In this document: positions 9,787 to 19,171 of the stretch, piece by piece
Numbering within the stretch: the stretch's first letter is position 1
How the letters are laid out: the number at the start of each line of letters is the position of its first letter
Source of the DNA: Burkholderiaceae bacterium
GTDB taxonomy: Bacteria > Pseudomonadota > Gammaproteobacteria > Burkholderiales > Burkholderiaceae_B
Direction of reading: 5' to 3'
Length of the DNA stretch: 64,000 nucleotides
Assembly (NCBI GenBank): GCA_030158305.1
Contig: JAOATE010000031.1
Coordinates: 30,570-94,569, forward strand
Position numbers and translations under genes: made by a program
Notes under the pieces: generated by a model
Database searches by the model: none
What the model was told of the DNA's origin: nothing
What the model saw: only the letters and a program-made list of their open reading frames with translations

Positions 9787-10167
9787 CTACTTGATCCGAC
9801 GTTGTATCGCTGGACGAATCCGAAGAAACCCAACATAACATTTTTCTAAAAACCATATACCAGGAGGATGCGCAAACAACCGCCCGAACCAGCGCCAATA
9901 TTTCAGGCTCAACCAGAGCTCGACAAAAGCCGCAGCCCCACTTTTGAGGGTGCCATCGGCGCCTCGCACATGAAAGCGCGCCATCGCTTGCTGGCAACTC
10001 AAATCACCAGCGACTTGTCCGTCTGTCGCGCGACTGACATCCTGCCAACTAATCTGGTCCGCGCCTGCACTGTTTTTATAAAAACCAATTTCTCGCCGGC
10101 AAAGCGGACACGAACCATCGAAATACACAGTGATCTGATTATTTGCTTTCACAGAGGCTTTGTCCAT
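9787..10167 (-). CDS. DUF393 / DCC-family thiol-disulfide oxidoreductase
   Basis: VYFDGSCPLC (DxxCxxC), GAAAFVELW. Start moved to ATG 10167. Confidence 0.88.
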   Translation of the reverse strand: MDKASVKANNQITVYFDGSCPLCRREIGFYKNSAGADQISWQDVSRATDGQVAGDLSCQQAMARFHVRGADGTLKSGAAAFVELWLSLKYWRWFGRLFAHPPGIWFLEKCYVGFLRIRPAIQRRIK

Positions 10168-10180
10168 AAAGACCACACAC

Positions 10181-10669
10181 CTACAACCACTTCTGCATGA
10201 AGAGGGCCTGCCCCGTTTCTGGGCTGAGGGAATATTGCTCAAAGCCAAAACGTTGATAAGAGCGCTGCGCTTGGGTATTGCCGCTCAGCACCTCAAGCGT
10301 CACCTTGCAGCACCCTGAAGCGCGCGCATACCCCTCCATCGCTGTCAAAAGCGCCTGACCGACACCTTGACCGCGGTGGGCAGGGTCCACGGCAATGTCG
10401 TGCACATTGAGCAAAGGGCGTGCTTTAAAGGTCGAATATCCGGGCAAGGCATTTAACAACCCGACTGGCTGGCCGTCCTTGAACGCCAGCCAACTGATCG
10501 CTCCGGAAAACTTAGCGAGGTCGTCACACAAACGCAGTCGTGTGTCCGCAGGCAGGGGCTCACCGCCTCCCATTGGGTCTCTGGCATACATATCAAGCAT
10601 GGAAAGGAGAGCCTGGCGGTCACTTGGATCAAGATAATCCACGACTTTGACAACAATGCTGCACTGCAT
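10181..10669 (-). CDS. GNAT family N-acetyltransferase
   Basis: LNVHDIAV, HRGQGVGQALL (acetyl-CoA motif A), YQRFGF. ATG 10669 follows a GGAGAGG RBS; the long ORF-track extension is antisense to the CoA-transferase. Confidence 0.9.
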   Translation of the reverse strand: MQCSIVVKVVDYLDPSDRQALLSMLDMYARDPMGGGEPLPADTRLRLCDDLAKFSGAISWLAFKDGQPVGLLNALPGYSTFKARPLLNVHDIAVDPAHRGQGVGQALLTAMEGYARASGCCKVTLEVLSGNTQAQRSYQRFGFEQYSLSPETGQALFMQKWL

Positions 10670-10766
10670 AAAAACCTCTCCTAGATGCTGACGCGGACCG
10701 ACGAGCCTGCCACCGCTTGTCCGATGGTATAACAACTCGTTTGCAGACCCAAATCGAAGGTACATG

Positions 10767-11972
10767 ATGTCCGACTCTCTGCCCCTTGAAGGCATTCGCG
10801 TTGTTGAATTTACACATATGGTCATGGGTCCCACCTGTGGGATGATTCTTGGCGATCTCGGCGCCGAGGTGATCAAAGTCGAACCGCTCGCAGGTGACAA
10901 CACCCGCAAGCTGCTGGGCTCAGGCTCTGGTTTTTTCCCAATGTTTAACCGCAACAAGAAAAGCATTGCAGTCGATGTCAAACATCCTGCGGGAAAAGAA
11001 ATTGTCCTTAAGCTGCTCGGTTCAGCCGACGTTTTTAGTGAGAACTTCAAAACCGGCACCATGGACAAGCTTGGTTTTGGTTACGAGGCCTTATCCAAGC
11101 TAAACCCCGCCCTCATCTATGTGTCCCACAAAGGCTTTTTGCCAGGACCATATGAACACCGCACCGCACTCGATGAGGTCGTGCAGATGATGGGCGGTCT
11201 GGCCTATATGACGGGTCCGGTTGGACAACCCTTGCGCGCGGGTGCGAGCGTGAACGACATCATGGGTGGCATGTTTGGCGCGATCGGTGTGTTGGCCTCC
11301 CTACAAAAACGGCATCGCACAGGCAAGGGCCAAGAGGTCGCAAGTGCTTTGTTTGAAAACAATGTTTTTCTAGTCGCGCAACACATGATGCAATTTGCCG
11401 TGACAGGTGCTCCGGCCAATCCAATGCCTAACAGGCTAAGCGCCTGGGCTGTATACGATGTCTTTACAGTCAAGGATGGTGAGCAGATATTCTTGTCAGC
11501 CGTCAGCGACACCCAATGGACGATCTTGTGCAAAGAGTTCGGCTTTGATGACCTCAAGTCTGACGATCGACTGGTGACGAACAATGACCGCGTCAAGGCG
11601 CGCAGCTGGCTCATTCCGATTTTGCGTGAAAGGTTTGGCGTGTTGAGTGCAAAAGAACTGAGTAGCCGTTTTGAACAATGCGGCTTGCCTTATGCGCCCA
11701 TTACACGCCCACACGACTTGTTCGACGATCCCCACCTGCTCGCCACGGGCGGCCTGGCACCTGTCACGATCGCTGCCGACAACACGGGCGCCGGACGAGA
11801 AATCGAAACCCGCGTCGCCCTGTTACCAATCGCTCTTGAAGGTGAACGCCTGCAAGTGCGCAAAGCTCCACCAACAATCGGTGCCGATACGATCGAACTT
11901 TTACAAAGCATCGGCTATACCCAAGAAGAAATATCAGCCCTCAAAGACAATGGAGTCGTGACATGGAATTAA
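10767..11972 (+). CDS. CaiB/BaiF class III CoA-transferase
   Basis: GIRVVEFTHMVMGP, LGAEVIKVEP, NRNKKSIAVD, ADVFSENF, ALDEVVQ. Confidence 0.92.
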   Translation: MSDSLPLEGIRVVEFTHMVMGPTCGMILGDLGAEVIKVEPLAGDNTRKLLGSGSGFFPMFNRNKKSIAVDVKHPAGKEIVLKLLGSADVFSENFKTGTMDKLGFGYEALSKLNPALIYVSHKGFLPGPYEHRTALDEVVQMMGGLAYMTGPVGQPLRAGASVNDIMGGMFGAIGVLASLQKRHRTGKGQEVASALFENNVFLVAQHMMQFAVTGAPANPMPNRLSAWAVYDVFTVKDGEQIFLSAVSDTQWTILCKEFGFDDLKSDDRLVTNNDRVKARSWLIPILRERFGVLSAKELSSRFEQCGLPYAPITRPHDLFDDPHLLATGGLAPVTIAADNTGAGREIETRVALLPIALEGERLQVRKAPPTIGADTIELLQSIGYTQEEISALKDNGVVTWN

Positions 11973-12763
11973 ACCTCGCCCACAAGCACGTGCTAATCAC
12001 TGGCGGCAGCAAAGGCATTGGCCTGGCCTGTGCCAAGGTATTTCTCGAAGAAGGCTGTAAAGTCAGTTTGGTCTCGCGCAATCCCGTCACGCTTGAGTCA
12101 GCTAAAAAACAACTCTCCACACAAGTACCGGGCAGCCAGGATCGAATCGCTTTGTTTTCGGCCGATGTGCAAAAAGCGGAGTCGGCCGAGGAAGCGCTCA
12201 ATGCGGCAGAAAAAGCCTTTGGCGCAATCGATGTGCTGGTCAACTCTGCAGGTGCCGCCAAACGCACACCCGCAGAAAGCCTTTCACCGGCGTTCTTTCG
12301 GGAAGCGATGGATGCCAAGTTTTTTACTTACATCAATATGATTGATCCGGTGATCAAGCGTATGGGTACCCGAGGTACTGGTGTCATCGTCAACGTTATA
12401 GGCTCTGGCGGAAAAGTCCCCAGCACACCGCACATCGCAGGTGGCAGTGCGAATGCGGCACTCATGCTGACCACCGCAGGCCTGGCAGCGGCCTATGGCC
12501 CGAAAGGCGTGCGCATCAACGCAGTCAACCCTTCAGGCACCCTGACCGATCGGCTCATCGAGGGTCTCAAAGTGAATGCTGACCATGAAAAAATTAGCCA
12601 AGAGGAGGTTCTCAAACGCATGACTGCTCAGGTACCGATGGGTCGTTTGGCGAGCCCTGAGGAAGTGGCGGATACGGTTGTCTATCTTGCCTCAAACCGT
12701 GCCAGTTATGTCACTGGCGCAATCCTCACGATGGATGGCGCGGCACACCCCTGCGTCGTCTAA
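11963..12763 (+). CDS. Short-chain dehydrogenase/reductase
   Basis: TGGSKGIG, DVLVNSAG, GVRINAVNP, GRLASPEEVA. Confidence 0.92.
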   Translation: MELNLAHKHVLITGGSKGIGLACAKVFLEEGCKVSLVSRNPVTLESAKKQLSTQVPGSQDRIALFSADVQKAESAEEALNAAEKAFGAIDVLVNSAGAAKRTPAESLSPAFFREAMDAKFFTYINMIDPVIKRMGTRGTGVIVNVIGSGGKVPSTPHIAGGSANAALMLTTAGLAAAYGPKGVRINAVNPSGTLTDRLIEGLKVNADHEKISQEEVLKRMTAQVPMGRLASPEEVADTVVYLASNRASYVTGAILTMDGAAHPCVV

Positions 12764-12776
12764 AGCAACCGGCCTT

Positions 12777-13760
12777 TTAGGCACGCGTCATATCAAGGTA
12801 TTGTCTAATGATGTCTTGATAGGATGCATCCCCTTTAAGTCCTAAGCGATGGGTGCGCTGGCAATCAAACGTTGACGGCCAGCCTCCCACGATGCGTGTG
12901 ATCTGCTCATCGGGTTCGACCGTGACGAGAGCGGCTACCTGCTCACCCGCTACCTCGCGTAAAGCCTGCAACATGTCACCGACCGTCACAGTCAGCGCAG
13001 GTAAATTCAGTGCCGTCCGGCCCCCGAACTCTTCGCGCGTCGCCTCCACGACGGCCAACACACCTGTAATGGACGTCAGGGGTGAGGACAAGGCCACACG
13101 CGTATCGAGACTCACTGGGCAGCGCATCGCGACACCCGAAAGCGGCTCTCTCACGATACCTGACAGAAAGCTTGAGGCCGCACCATTTGGGCGACCCGGA
13201 CGAACCGAGACCGTCATCAGTCGCGCGACACGACCGTCGATAAAGCCTTTGCGGCTGTAATCCGCAATCAACTGCTCACAGATGAACTTATGAATCCCGT
13301 AGCTTGACTGAGGCGTCGGCAGAGTTGAGTCTGTCACCACAGAAGGCATGGCAATCGCGGGGTCTGAGCCGAACACCGCCACAGAGCTCGCAAAGAAAAA
13401 CAAGGGTGCTTGACCCGTGCGAGCGTGCTGAGCACGCAGCCCCTCTAGCACGGCCCGGGTTGCCTCAAGATTTGAGCGCAAGCCAAGCTCGAAGTCTGCC
13501 TCGCATTCACCTGACACCGCTGAAGCCAAATGAAAGACCGCGTCGTAATCATTTTTAAATAACTCGGGCAGACGATTGAGCAAATCTCCCTTGTCAATGC
13601 GTACTATGGGATGCTGGACAATTTCCTGTCGCGTGGGTGCCACTAGGTCTGTGAGCGTCAGGCTTGTCAGGGGGCGACCTCGCAAACAGTTGCGTTTCAA
13701 TAACTCGCCCGCAAGCAAGGTCCCCAAAAAGCCCGCACCACCAGTGATAAGAATATTCAT
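12777..13760 (-). CDS. denD: D-erythronate dehydrogenase (extended SDR)
   Basis: TGGAGFLG, HLASAVSGECEADF, SSYGIHK, RPGRPNGAASSF; adjacent to otnK and otnC. Confidence 0.82.
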   Translation of the reverse strand: MNILITGGAGFLGTLLAGELLKRNCLRGRPLTSLTLTDLVAPTRQEIVQHPIVRIDKGDLLNRLPELFKNDYDAVFHLASAVSGECEADFELGLRSNLEATRAVLEGLRAQHARTGQAPLFFFASSVAVFGSDPAIAMPSVVTDSTLPTPQSSYGIHKFICEQLIADYSRKGFIDGRVARLMTVSVRPGRPNGAASSFLSGIVREPLSGVAMRCPVSLDTRVALSSPLTSITGVLAVVEATREEFGGRTALNLPALTVTVGDMLQALREVAGEQVAALVTVEPDEQITRIVGGWPSTFDCQRTHRLGLKGDASYQDIIRQYLDMTRA

Positions 13761-13762
13761 GA

Positions 13763-14446
13763 TTACCAAGACGCCTGAAAGTGTTGTCGACATTCCTCAA
13801 TAGCCGCCTCTGAGAGTGGCTCGGCTTGACGACCACTCCTTAACCAGAGGCGTGCCGTTTCTTCGAGCTCTTCAAGTACAGCCATCGCCGACACTAAGTT
13901 GTTTCCCCAGACCTGCGGCCCTAGGCGATCACACATCACAGCGCGTAAGCTCAGGCCACGCGTACGATAGGCCTCGATCAGGGTTGCAATATGGTCCGCG
14001 ACACGAACATCTCCCGGCCTAAAGTAAGGCACAAGCGGCACATGCCCCACTTTCATGACGAAATAAGGTGTGAGAGGGGGCACGATATCGTCATCGCGCC
14101 ACACCCCTCTCAATGTCAAATCCACCAACCATGAAGAATGTGTGTGGATGACACAATTGGCTTGGGGCGAATGTTGATAAATGCGTCGATGCAAGGCCAG
14201 TGTTTTACTGGCACGATCACCTGAGAGTTGCTCTCCGCTTGCATCCACTTTAGCAAGTTTGTCGGGTTCTAGAAAACCTAGGCAAGCATCGGTCGGTGTA
14301 ATCAAAAAGCCGCCAGCCGGCTCAGGCAGCCTGACGCTGATATTGCCGGTTGTTCCATGCACATAACCGCGTTCAAACAAGCTGCGGCCGACTTGGCACA
14401 GTTGCTCACGGAGCTGTATTTCTGAGGGCTGAGATAAAAGACTCAT
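13763..14446 (-). CDS. otnC: Class II aldolase family, 3-oxo-tetronate 4-phosphate decarboxylase
   Basis: GNISVR, ITPTDACLG, HTHS, PYFVMKVG, EELEETA; ATGA-coupled to otnK. Confidence 0.82.
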   Translation of the reverse strand: MSLLSQPSEIQLREQLCQVGRSLFERGYVHGTTGNISVRLPEPAGGFLITPTDACLGFLEPDKLAKVDASGEQLSGDRASKTLALHRRIYQHSPQANCVIHTHSSWLVDLTLRGVWRDDDIVPPLTPYFVMKVGHVPLVPYFRPGDVRVADHIATLIEAYRTRGLSLRAVMCDRLGPQVWGNNLVSAMAVLEELEETARLWLRSGRQAEPLSEAAIEECRQHFQASW

Positions 14447-15729
14447 GTCGCCTGTATCCGTTCAAATGCTTGGGTGAAAAATTCGACACCACCAAAATTG
14501 CCGGACTTGAGCGTCACATGGATGAGCCTGTCTGCTGGATATGTCCGTCCCGCGCACCACGGCACACCTGGATCAATTTGCGCACCGATTTGAAGTTGCG
14601 TCATTTTCAGCGCTTGCACGACAGCACCTGACGTTTCACCACCTGCGACAATCAGTTGGCCCACGCCAGCCTCCACCAAACCTTGTGCAATCTTGGCGAG
14701 CGTTGCTTCGACGCGTGCACCGGCCTGCTCCACACCTAATCGGCTCTGCACCGCCTGCAAGGCCTCCGGGGCAGCGGTCGAATAGATCAAGACAGGTTGG
14801 TGACCGAGCTTGGGGCGCGCCCAGGTAAGCGCTTGTTGCACGACTGAAGCGACTGACTCATCCCCATCGACTAAAGCCATCGGATCGATCTCAAAACTCG
14901 CCCCGCCCTTTGCGACAAAATCAGCCACTTGCGCATTGGTCGCGCGTGAACAGCTCCCAGACAGAATCGCTTTTGAACCAGCCGCCGGAGGAAGTGCAGC
15001 TGAGTGGGGGTTGGGCTGAATCGAAAAGTTAGCTGGCAAACCAATGGCGACGCCGGAACCCGCCGTCACAAGCGGCATATCGGACAACGCAGGTGCCAGC
15101 CGATAAAGATCCGCGTTGCTGATGGCATCCACAATCGCCACACCAACCCCTTGCTGACGCAACTCAGCGATGCGAGTGCGTACCGCCTCCTGTCCTTGCG
15201 CCACGATCGCATGATCAATCAAACCCACGCGATGCTTGGTCTGCGGAGACAAGACGCGCAATAAGTTAGGATCCTTCATCGGTGTAAGAGGATGGTTTTG
15301 CATGCCACTTTCATTGAGCAACACCTCACCCACAAACAGGTGCCCCTTAAATACAGTCCGCCCCATATCCGGAAAGGCCGGTGTTGCAATCGTGAAGTCC
15401 GTCTTCAACTCGTCCATGAGGGCATCGATGACCGGGCCAATATTGCCCTGTGGCGTCGAGTCGAAGGTTGAGCAGTATTTAAAGTAGATTTGTTGCGCGC
15501 CTTGCGCCCGCAGCCATTTGCATGCCTCAAGGGATTGCGCAATCGCTTCGGCGGGCGCAATCGTTCGACTTTTAAGCGATACGACCACCGCATCCACATC
15601 CGCCTCGACCGGCGTTGCAGGCACTCCGATCGTCTGCAGGACGCGCATGCCGGCTCGCACGAGATTGTTCGCCAGGTCCGTGGCGCCGGTAAAGTCATCT
15701 GCAATGCAACCTAACAACACCTGCTTCAT
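14443..15729 (-). CDS. otnK: 3-oxo-tetronate kinase (DUF1537 / four-carbon acid sugar kinase)
   Basis: IADDFTGATD, FKYCSTFDST, GSCS, AGGETSG, LKSGNFG. Confidence 0.9.
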   Translation of the reverse strand: MKQVLLGCIADDFTGATDLANNLVRAGMRVLQTIGVPATPVEADVDAVVVSLKSRTIAPAEAIAQSLEACKWLRAQGAQQIYFKYCSTFDSTPQGNIGPVIDALMDELKTDFTIATPAFPDMGRTVFKGHLFVGEVLLNESGMQNHPLTPMKDPNLLRVLSPQTKHRVGLIDHAIVAQGQEAVRTRIAELRQQGVGVAIVDAISNADLYRLAPALSDMPLVTAGSGVAIGLPANFSIQPNPHSAALPPAAGSKAILSGSCSRATNAQVADFVAKGGASFEIDPMALVDGDESVASVVQQALTWARPKLGHQPVLIYSTAAPEALQAVQSRLGVEQAGARVEATLAKIAQGLVEAGVGQLIVAGGETSGAVVQALKMTQLQIGAQIDPGVPWCAGRTYPADRLIHVTLKSGNFGGVEFFTQAFERIQAT

Positions 15730-15731
15730 CG

Positions 15732-15760
15732 ATTTCCTGCCTCTAAAGGTTTCAGGAAAT
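15732..15760. promoter_or_regulatory. 8-bp inverted repeat over the otnK ribosome-binding site
   Basis: ATTTCCTG-N13-CAGGAAAT begins 2 bp upstream of the otnK ATG, in the divergent otnK/ogt spacer. Confidence 0.35.
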
Positions 15761-15855
15761 TATATGCCCGGGTCGCCTAGCTTTCGCATGCCATACAGAC
15801 CCATTACACTAATAACTCATGCGCACGCCCACTCTTTTACTATGGGTTCATCACC

Positions 15856-16392
15856 ATGCATACGCTTACGACCGTTCGTTATGGACTAGGGCCAACACCC
15901 TTCGGATTTGGATTGATCGGGTGGACTGACCAGGGAATCGTGATGCTGCACCTGCAGCAAACAGCCCATCCCCAGCCTCAGGATCTATTGGCCTCGGAAT
16001 TTCCGGATTGCACCCTTGCGCGTGATAACAAAGAAGCAAAGGCTTATCTTGAACAAGTATTTCAGATAAGCAAGTCGGGGCATTCGCAGCCGAGGCTCAC
16101 ACTGGCCATGTCAGGTAGCCCGTTTCAACTCAAAGTCTGGCAAGCTTTAAGGGGTATCCCCTTTGGGCAAGTCCGAAGCTACGGTGCACTCGCAGAGAGC
16201 GTGGGCCACCCTGGTGCTGCGCGCGCCGTTGGATCTGCGATTGCCGCCAATCAGCTGGCCTACCTTGTTCCCTGCCACCGTGTCGTTCGCGCCACAGGGG
16301 AAACAGGTCAATTTCGCTGGGGCGCCGCGCTAAAGGTACAAATGCTTGCCTGGGAAGCCCGTCAGCTTGCAGTCTCGAACGCCGACCGTTAG
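15856..16392 (+). CDS. ogt: Methylated-DNA--protein-cysteine methyltransferase
   Basis: GSPFQLKVWQAL, ARAVGSA, and the active-site PCHRV. Confidence 0.92.
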   Translation: MHTLTTVRYGLGPTPFGFGLIGWTDQGIVMLHLQQTAHPQPQDLLASEFPDCTLARDNKEAKAYLEQVFQISKSGHSQPRLTLAMSGSPFQLKVWQALRGIPFGQVRSYGALAESVGHPGAARAVGSAIAANQLAYLVPCHRVVRATGETGQFRWGAALKVQMLAWEARQLAVSNADR

Positions 16393-16465
16393 CATTTGGC
16401 GATTATTGAACACTCAATCTCGACATTACTTCTTTGCAGTCTCACAAAAACAAGGATACAGACAC

Positions 16466-17578
16466 ATGAGTCAGCTGTTTACGCCCATTTCAATCGGACC
16501 GCTTAGTCTTCCCAACCGCATCGTGATCGCTCCGATGTGTCAGTACTCCGCAGAGGAAGGCAAAACAACCGACTGGCACATCATGCATCTTGGCCAAATG
16601 GCCATGTCTGGCGCGGGCTTATTGATTATTGAAGCGACAGCGGTCGAAGACATTGGTCGCATCACACATGGCTGTGTCGGCTTGTATTCGGATGAAACAG
16701 AAGCCGCGCTCAAAAAAACGATTGATATCGTGCGTCAGCAGGCTTCGATGCCAATCATGATCCAACTGGCGCACGCCGGTCGCAAAGGGTCTAGCGCACG
16801 CCCCTGGGAAGGTGGTCAACTCGTCTCGCCACAGCAGGGTGGCTGGCAGCCAGTGGGCCCCTCCGCGATCCCTCACCTGCCGACTGAGGCGCCACCGCTA
16901 GCGCTGGACAAAGCAGGCCTGGCGCGCATCCGCGATGCCTTTGTTGAGTCCGCCAAACGGGCGCTGCGCATTGGGTTTGATGGCATTGAACTGCACGGCG
17001 CGCATGGCTACTTGTTGCATCAATTTCTTTCTCCTATCGCCAATCAGCGGACCGACGAATATGGTGGCTCGCTAGCCAATCGCATGCGTTTTCCTCTTGA
17101 AGTGTTTGATGCCGTCCGCGCAGTGACGCCAAAGACGACAAGCCTGGGCATTCGCATTTCCGCAACAGATTGGGCTGAAGGTGGCTGGACGCCCGAAGAA
17201 AGCGTGGAGTTTTGCAATGTATTGAAAGCACGCGGCTGCGACTTTATTGACGTGTCGAGTGGTGGCGTTTCCTCTCAGCAAAAAATCCCGCTCGGACCCA
17301 AATATCAGGTTCCCTTGGCAACGACCATCAAAAAAGGGACAGGCCTACCCACTATGGCGGTAGGACTGATTACTGAAGCCAAAGAGGCCGAAGGGATCAT
17401 TGCTTCGGGCGAAGCTGACATGGTCGCACTCGCGCGCGGGATGTTGTACGACCCACGCTGGCCTTGGCATGCCGCGGCTGAACTCGGAGCCATTGTGCAA
17501 GCGCCCAAGCAATACTGGCGCTCACAGCCGCGCGGCTTGAACGCGTTGTTTGGCGATGCCAAAACGGGCGGTCGGTAA
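16466..17578 (+). CDS. NADH:flavin oxidoreductase / Old Yellow Enzyme (YqjM/XenA type)
   Basis: APMCQYSA, QLAHAGRK, HGAHGYLLHQFLSP. ATG 16466 follows an AAGGA RBS. Confidence 0.92.
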   Translation: MSQLFTPISIGPLSLPNRIVIAPMCQYSAEEGKTTDWHIMHLGQMAMSGAGLLIIEATAVEDIGRITHGCVGLYSDETEAALKKTIDIVRQQASMPIMIQLAHAGRKGSSARPWEGGQLVSPQQGGWQPVGPSAIPHLPTEAPPLALDKAGLARIRDAFVESAKRALRIGFDGIELHGAHGYLLHQFLSPIANQRTDEYGGSLANRMRFPLEVFDAVRAVTPKTTSLGIRISATDWAEGGWTPEESVEFCNVLKARGCDFIDVSSGGVSSQQKIPLGPKYQVPLATTIKKGTGLPTMAVGLITEAKEAEGIIASGEADMVALARGMLYDPRWPWHAAAELGAIVQAPKQYWRSQPRGLNALFGDAKTGGR

Positions 17579-17593
17579 AGGCTCGTCGATCAA

Positions 17594-17628
17594 GGTTCAA
17601 GCGCTTGTGTTTAACAACCGCTTGAGCC
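17594..17628. terminator. Hairpin between convergent OYE and yajQ genes
   Basis: GGTTCAAGCG-N15-CGCTTGAGCC (one G-U pair); no strong U tract. Confidence 0.45.
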
Positions 17629-17651
17629 ACTCAACGTTTAAGATCCGGGAT

Positions 17652-18134
17652 TTAGTCCCGGAAATTGTTGAACTGCAGTGGTAAAGGTACATCGACCTTT
17701 TTCAATAACGCGATGGCTTCTTGGAGGTCATCGCGTTTTTTACCTGTGACGCGCAGTTTTTCACCGGTAATCTGCGTTTCAACTTTGAGCTTGGCTTCTT
17801 TCATCGCAGCGATCAATTTTTTTGAAATCGGCTGTTCGATTCCCTGTTTGATTGTCACTTTTTGACGGGCGCCACCCAGGTTTTCCAAGGGATCCGCAAC
17901 ATCCATTGACCGCACATCAATCCCGCGCGCACTCAAGCGACTGCGCAGAATATCCAGCATCTGTTTGAGCTGAAAGGCACTCGAGGCCACCTGAGTCACG
18001 ACAAAGTCATCCAGTTCGAACTTAGCATCCGTTCCCTTGAAGTCAAAGCGTGTCGAAAGCTCACGATTGGCCTGATCCACGGCATTGGTCAGCTCATGTT
18101 TATCGACCTCTGAAACCACATCAAATGAAGGCAT
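17652..18134 (-). CDS. yajQ: YajQ family cyclic di-GMP-binding protein
   Basis: MPSFDVVSEVD, RFDFKG, LRVTGKKRDDLQ, LQFNNFRD. Confidence 0.96.
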   Translation of the reverse strand: MPSFDVVSEVDKHELTNAVDQANRELSTRFDFKGTDAKFELDDFVVTQVASSAFQLKQMLDILRSRLSARGIDVRSMDVADPLENLGGARQKVTIKQGIEQPISKKLIAAMKEAKLKVETQITGEKLRVTGKKRDDLQEAIALLKKVDVPLPLQFNNFRD

Positions 18135-18204
18135 AACGAAATCCTGACAGAAGTAAGAGCTTCATTTTAGAATAGAACGACCTTTGACAAATAGGAAGAT
18201 CAGC

Positions 18205-19065
18205 ATGCCAGACTGCACGGGCGTCATCAGCCAGATGTTCATTTACCCGATCAAGTCGTGCGCTGGTATCGAAATTTCGGAGTCGCCACTCCTGCATACG
18301 GGTCTATTGCACGACCGTGAATGGATGATCGTCGACCAAGACGGGCAGTTTCTGACCCAACGTCAGATCCCCCATATGGTCTGGATCACACCGCGGCTCA
18401 CTGGAGAAGCGCTCTACTTGAGCGCGCCCGACCAACAGGAGGTTCGGGTGGCGTTTGACCATGTTGGCACAGCCAAACAAGTCACCGTCTGGCGCGATAC
18501 GCTCCCGGGCGACGATATGGGCGATGAGGTTGCGGCATGGCTCGATGCCTTTTTAGCCGTCCCAGGCAAGCGGTTTCGCCTAATCCGGTTTTCGTCACAG
18601 GCCAGCCGGTTCTCGGCAAAGGAATGGACGGGTGATCTTCATGCCCCCAATATGTTTAGCGATGGTTTTGCACTACTTGTCGTGACACAACGTGCACTAG
18701 AGGTGTTAAACGAGCGCCTGATGGCCGAGGGCTTTGAGGCGGTGGACATGTTGCGCTTTAGACCAAACCTTGTTCTAGAGGGGCTGGATGCGCATATCGA
18801 AGACGAACTTAGCCATCTTTTGTTACATACCGCCGCTGGAATGATCGACCTCCAACTGGTCAAGCCCTGCGGTCGTTGTCCAATCCCTAATATCGACCCT
18901 TACACCGCCACAAGCACCCCCGAAGTCATGGAGACGCTCTCGGCTTACCGTCGACTCGATCGTATGCATGATGCGATCTGCTTTGGCATGAATGCCATTG
19001 TCCGTTCGGGAGTCGGACAAACCTTGCGGGTCGGACAGCCTTTCCAAGCAGATTATGCTGTTTGA
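18205..19065 (+). CDS. MOSC domain molybdoprotein (mARC/YcbX-like, no ferredoxin domain)
   Basis: IYPIKSCAG, DREWMIVD, FSDGF, RFRPNLV, KPCGRC. Confidence 0.9.
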   Translation: MPDCTGVISQMFIYPIKSCAGIEISESPLLHTGLLHDREWMIVDQDGQFLTQRQIPHMVWITPRLTGEALYLSAPDQQEVRVAFDHVGTAKQVTVWRDTLPGDDMGDEVAAWLDAFLAVPGKRFRLIRFSSQASRFSAKEWTGDLHAPNMFSDGFALLVVTQRALEVLNERLMAEGFEAVDMLRFRPNLVLEGLDAHIEDELSHLLLHTAAGMIDLQLVKPCGRCPIPNIDPYTATSTPEVMETLSAYRRLDRMHDAICFGMNAIVRSGVGQTLRVGQPFQADYAV

Positions 19066-19171
19066 CTTTAAATATTCATCCCTCCAAACAGAACAGTCCT
19101 CTCTATCGTACTGCTGAGTGTTAAGCTAATCGAGCGCTACCTGTGCCAGGCCCAACTAGGAAGTCACTCCC

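Noticed and set aside
10670-11068. Apparent long N-terminal extension or fusion on the GNAT ORF
   Set aside because: It is antisense to the CoA-transferase, and a strong RBS precedes ATG 10669. Similar over-extensions occur at 882-1073, 25732-25833, 26195-26458, 27820-28011 and 42686-43027.
15730-16392. ogt as the broken 3' half of a bifunctional ada gene
   Set aside because: No Ada Zn-finger or AraC remnant is readable in the 126-bp upstream spacer, and the ORF is complete with PCHRV.
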